From assembly GCF_001194135.2 (NCBI RefSeq), contig NC_069006.1, forward strand, positions 23,038,070-23,102,069: a stretch of 64,000 bases of DNA, in the 5' to 3' direction. Position 1 is the stretch's first letter; each line of letters starts with the position of its first letter. The notes under the pieces were generated by a model. That model was not told the DNA's origin. It did not search any database and saw only the letters and a program-made list of their open reading frames with translations. Shown one piece after another: positions 61,166 through 64,000 of the stretch. The stretch comes from Octopus bimaculoides (lineage: Eukaryota). Both the position numbers and the translations under genes were made by a program.

Positions 61166-62133
61166 ATTTTGTCATTAATTCTCTGAATGATGACAGAAAA
61201 GACTGGGAGAAACCAAGCCAAAGGAAAGCGTTCCCATAACAGCTTCCTGAAAAGCAAATATGAATATGAACTTTTTTTTTTATTGTTAATTCATTTTTTT
61301 TCTTTCTTTGTAATAATTTCTTTCAACTGGATCGGAATGAACAAAATCAAGGAAAAAACGAAATAATATTATGAATGCAGCTAAATNNNNNNNNNNGAAT
61401 ATGAACTTTTTTTTTTATTTATTTGTTTCTATTTTTCTGTCGAAAGAGCATGGTCGGGTGGGTGATAAGGACAAAGACAACGGATTAAAATCAAAAGAAA
61501 AACAGAAAGAAACCTCATCCAAAATGTCTCGATATCAGATGATTTATTCAGCTGTTGTAGCCCTAACCCTAAACCCCATTTTCCCCCTTACCTAGTCTGG
61601 TTTGATCAAGGACCCACAACTACATACACTAACATAAAATTACAGTGGCAGTGGCAGCCAGTACTTTACCAGTTAACACCTTACAAGCTACCATTTTGAT
61701 TGCTTGGTTAAGTCCATGTTTTTTTGTAATTTTTCAAAAATTTACAAACCCATCAAACACTTACGCTATTTTAGTGTGTATTATATATTTTTTAACTTGA
61801 TTACTATTTTGATTTTTTTTTTTTAAACTATGCATATAGCAGTCGTGGAAAACTAATTTTTAAAACATTTTTTAGTATGATATAATACACACTGACACCC
61901 AGCTCAGTAAATAATTCTTTGAATGCAAAATGTTCACTTTTGAGTTCTAATTTAAATAATGATGTTTTTTAAGCCATAATGTCAAAATGGTTACCAAAAA
62001 GAAAAAAAAAAAAAGGCCATGTAAACATTTTATGATGGACAATGAAATAAATATTTAACCTATGAAAACAACAAAGAACAAATAAAAATATTTGGTTTGT
62101 CTTCTTGTTATTTATTCATTTATTTTACTAGTA

Positions 62134-62900
62134 TCAGTCATTGGACTATGGCCATGCTATAGAATCACCTTCAAAGATTTTTTTTTTATAATCTATCCTG
62201 TGAATTTTTTGTACTTCTTTTTATCTGGTATTCATTTTAGTGATCTCTGATACTGAATTGCTAAGTTATTTTTTTTATGCTGATGATGAAAGGGACAGAG
62301 ATCGATGAAGCAATTGTCATTCATATACACAAATACATGCATATTTGTATACACGTAGAAACATTTCATATACCCAAACACAGATACATTCATATGGAGA
62401 CACACAAACATTCATATACACAGACTCATACACACACATTTGTGTACACAAAGACAATCCTATTGGCATAAACAAGCACAAACACACTCTGAGACAAATA
62501 CATTCATATACACAAACACATTCATCACCATCATCATTATCATTTAACATTCGTTTTTCATGCTGGCATGGGTTGGACGGTTTTGACTAGAGCTGGCCAG
62601 CTAGGTTCCAGTTGTCTGTTCTGGCATGGTTTCTACAGCTAGATGCCCTTCATAATGCCTATCACTTCACAGAGTGTATTGGGTGCTTTTTACATCTACT
62701 GGCACGAGTGTTGTTTACATGACAGTGGCACATAAACACATTCACAAACACAAACAGTTTTCATCTTACCAAACTCCACTCACAAGGCATTAATCTGGCC
62801 AAGGCTACAATAGAATACACTTGACCCAGCTTCCATGCAGAGAGATTGAACCCAGAGCCATATGGCTGCAAAGTGAACTTCTTAACCCCATGATTATGTT
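62134..62900 (-). mobile_element. degenerate family B SINE, expanded microsatellite centre, hosting a family A insert
   Basis: Tail-like CAGTCATTGGACTATGGCCATGCT at 62134; head-like CCAAACTCCACTCACAAGGC...TTGAACCC at 62770-62890. Confidence 0.55.
62522..62712 (-). mobile_element. retroposon family A copy nested in a family B SINE
   Basis: (CAT)n...CATGCTGGCATGGGTTGGACGG...GATGCCCTTCATAATGCC. Confidence 0.75.
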
Positions 62901-63762
62901 TGGCCTTAAAACATTGACACGAAAGGCACCATTGGTTTCATCAACAAAGCATTCACTGAAATACAACAAAGGTGCATCTAGGTGGTTTTTTGACCTGCTA
63001 GAAGTAGCAACAAGCCTTATATCACTCTCTATTGGTATAAAAATGGAAGAAACCATTGGATGATGTAGGTACACTGTGTTTTAAAATTAGAATGAGGTGG
63101 TCATGGCTGGAATATTTTTGACTATAGATCTACTGGATGAGGACTGATCTGGGTCTAAACGGCAACAGCAAAGCAAATAAAAGAGCCAACAAGTAAACTT
63201 CTGCACATTCCTTCAAACTGCTAGAAATAGCAGCCAAATTTCTCTCAAATTATGTACCTAATCATCTTAAAAGGAATCTGGGTAGGTTTGTTTTAAATAC
63301 CTTTGATCATAAGGTATGTATCCAGTATATTTTGATAGACGAATAGAGATAATATATGGGGAGAGAATTATTTGGTCTTGATTGAAACAAGGGAAATTCT
63401 CTAGTGCTGGAATCACATTACAATGCACCTAGTACAGATCTGTACAAATCATGCTTAAAACAGGACATATGAGCAAGATGGGGTCCCTGACCTGTCTAGG
63501 AGAGCAGCAAATTCAAGTAAGAACTAACTGGAGACTGTGACTATTCATCCAATTTATGCCACATAAAAAGTGGATGTAAGATGCTGCTGCTGTTGATGAT
63601 GATGATGTTCAGCACACCCAGGCTAAACAACTGACATCCTTATCAGTCATAGAATCATATTTTACTTCATTCCACTATTATTTCATTGTATAACAAGGAA
63701 TTTTCTGAAAGACTGCGTTTCCATTTTATTTAAATACTTGCAAGCGCTAAAGGAAGCACAAA

Positions 63763-64000
63763 TCATCATCATCATCATCATCATCATCGTTTAACGTCTG
63801 CTTTCCATGCTAGCATGGGTTGGACGATTTGACTGAGGACTGGTGAAACCGGATGGCAACACCAGGCTCCAATCTGATTTGGCAGAGTTTCTACAGCTGG
63901 ATGCCCTTCCTAACGCCAACCACTCAGAGAGTGTAGTGGGTGCTTTTACGTGTCACCCGCACGAAAACGGCCACGCTCGAAATGGTGTCTTTTATGTGCC
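63763..64000 (-). mobile_element. retroposon family A copy, runs off the window end
   Basis: Nearly identical to the reverse complement of 6760-6988. Confidence 0.85.

Noticed and set aside
61562-61577. CCCTAACCCTAAACCC telomere-like motif
   Set aside because: Only about 2.5 units; expected by chance or as a repeat remnant.
58400-63760. Second gene downstream of perlecan
   Set aside because: Only low-complexity ORFs, microsatellites and SINE remnants; no supportable exon.

Overview
AT-rich, intron-rich animal genomic DNA, most likely an octopus short-read assembly (inferred from the SINE families, microsatellite load and N gaps flanked by (TA)n). Nearly the whole window is the 3' part of one + strand gene, perlecan (HSPG2/trol/unc-52 ortholog). 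I hand-spliced 59 coding exons at GT-AG boundaries (8,256 nt, one open frame, 2,751 aa plus stop at 57880-57882). They encode domain III (three laminin-IV/L4 modules with LE repeats), domain IV (12 Ig domains) and domain V (LG1-EGF-[EGF exon missing, probably in an N gap]-LG2-EGF-EGF-LG3). The introns hold several SINE families, a Helentron/DINE-like element, a 230-bp foldback, microsatellites and 12 assembly gaps. Best leads: (1) a young ~194-bp repeat carrying a Penelope-type minimal hammerhead-ribozyme fold with a non-canonical core; (2) an anomalous 13.2-kb intron inside LG2, next to the position equivalent to agrin's y splice site, containing candidate in-frame microexons and a candidate alternative last exon; (3) paired loss of the LG1 disulfide plus a new unpaired Cys. 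No prokaryotic features, CRISPR arrays or tRNA/rRNA genes are supported. Comparisons with human, mouse, fly and agrin sequences are from recalled knowledge and need checking by alignment.
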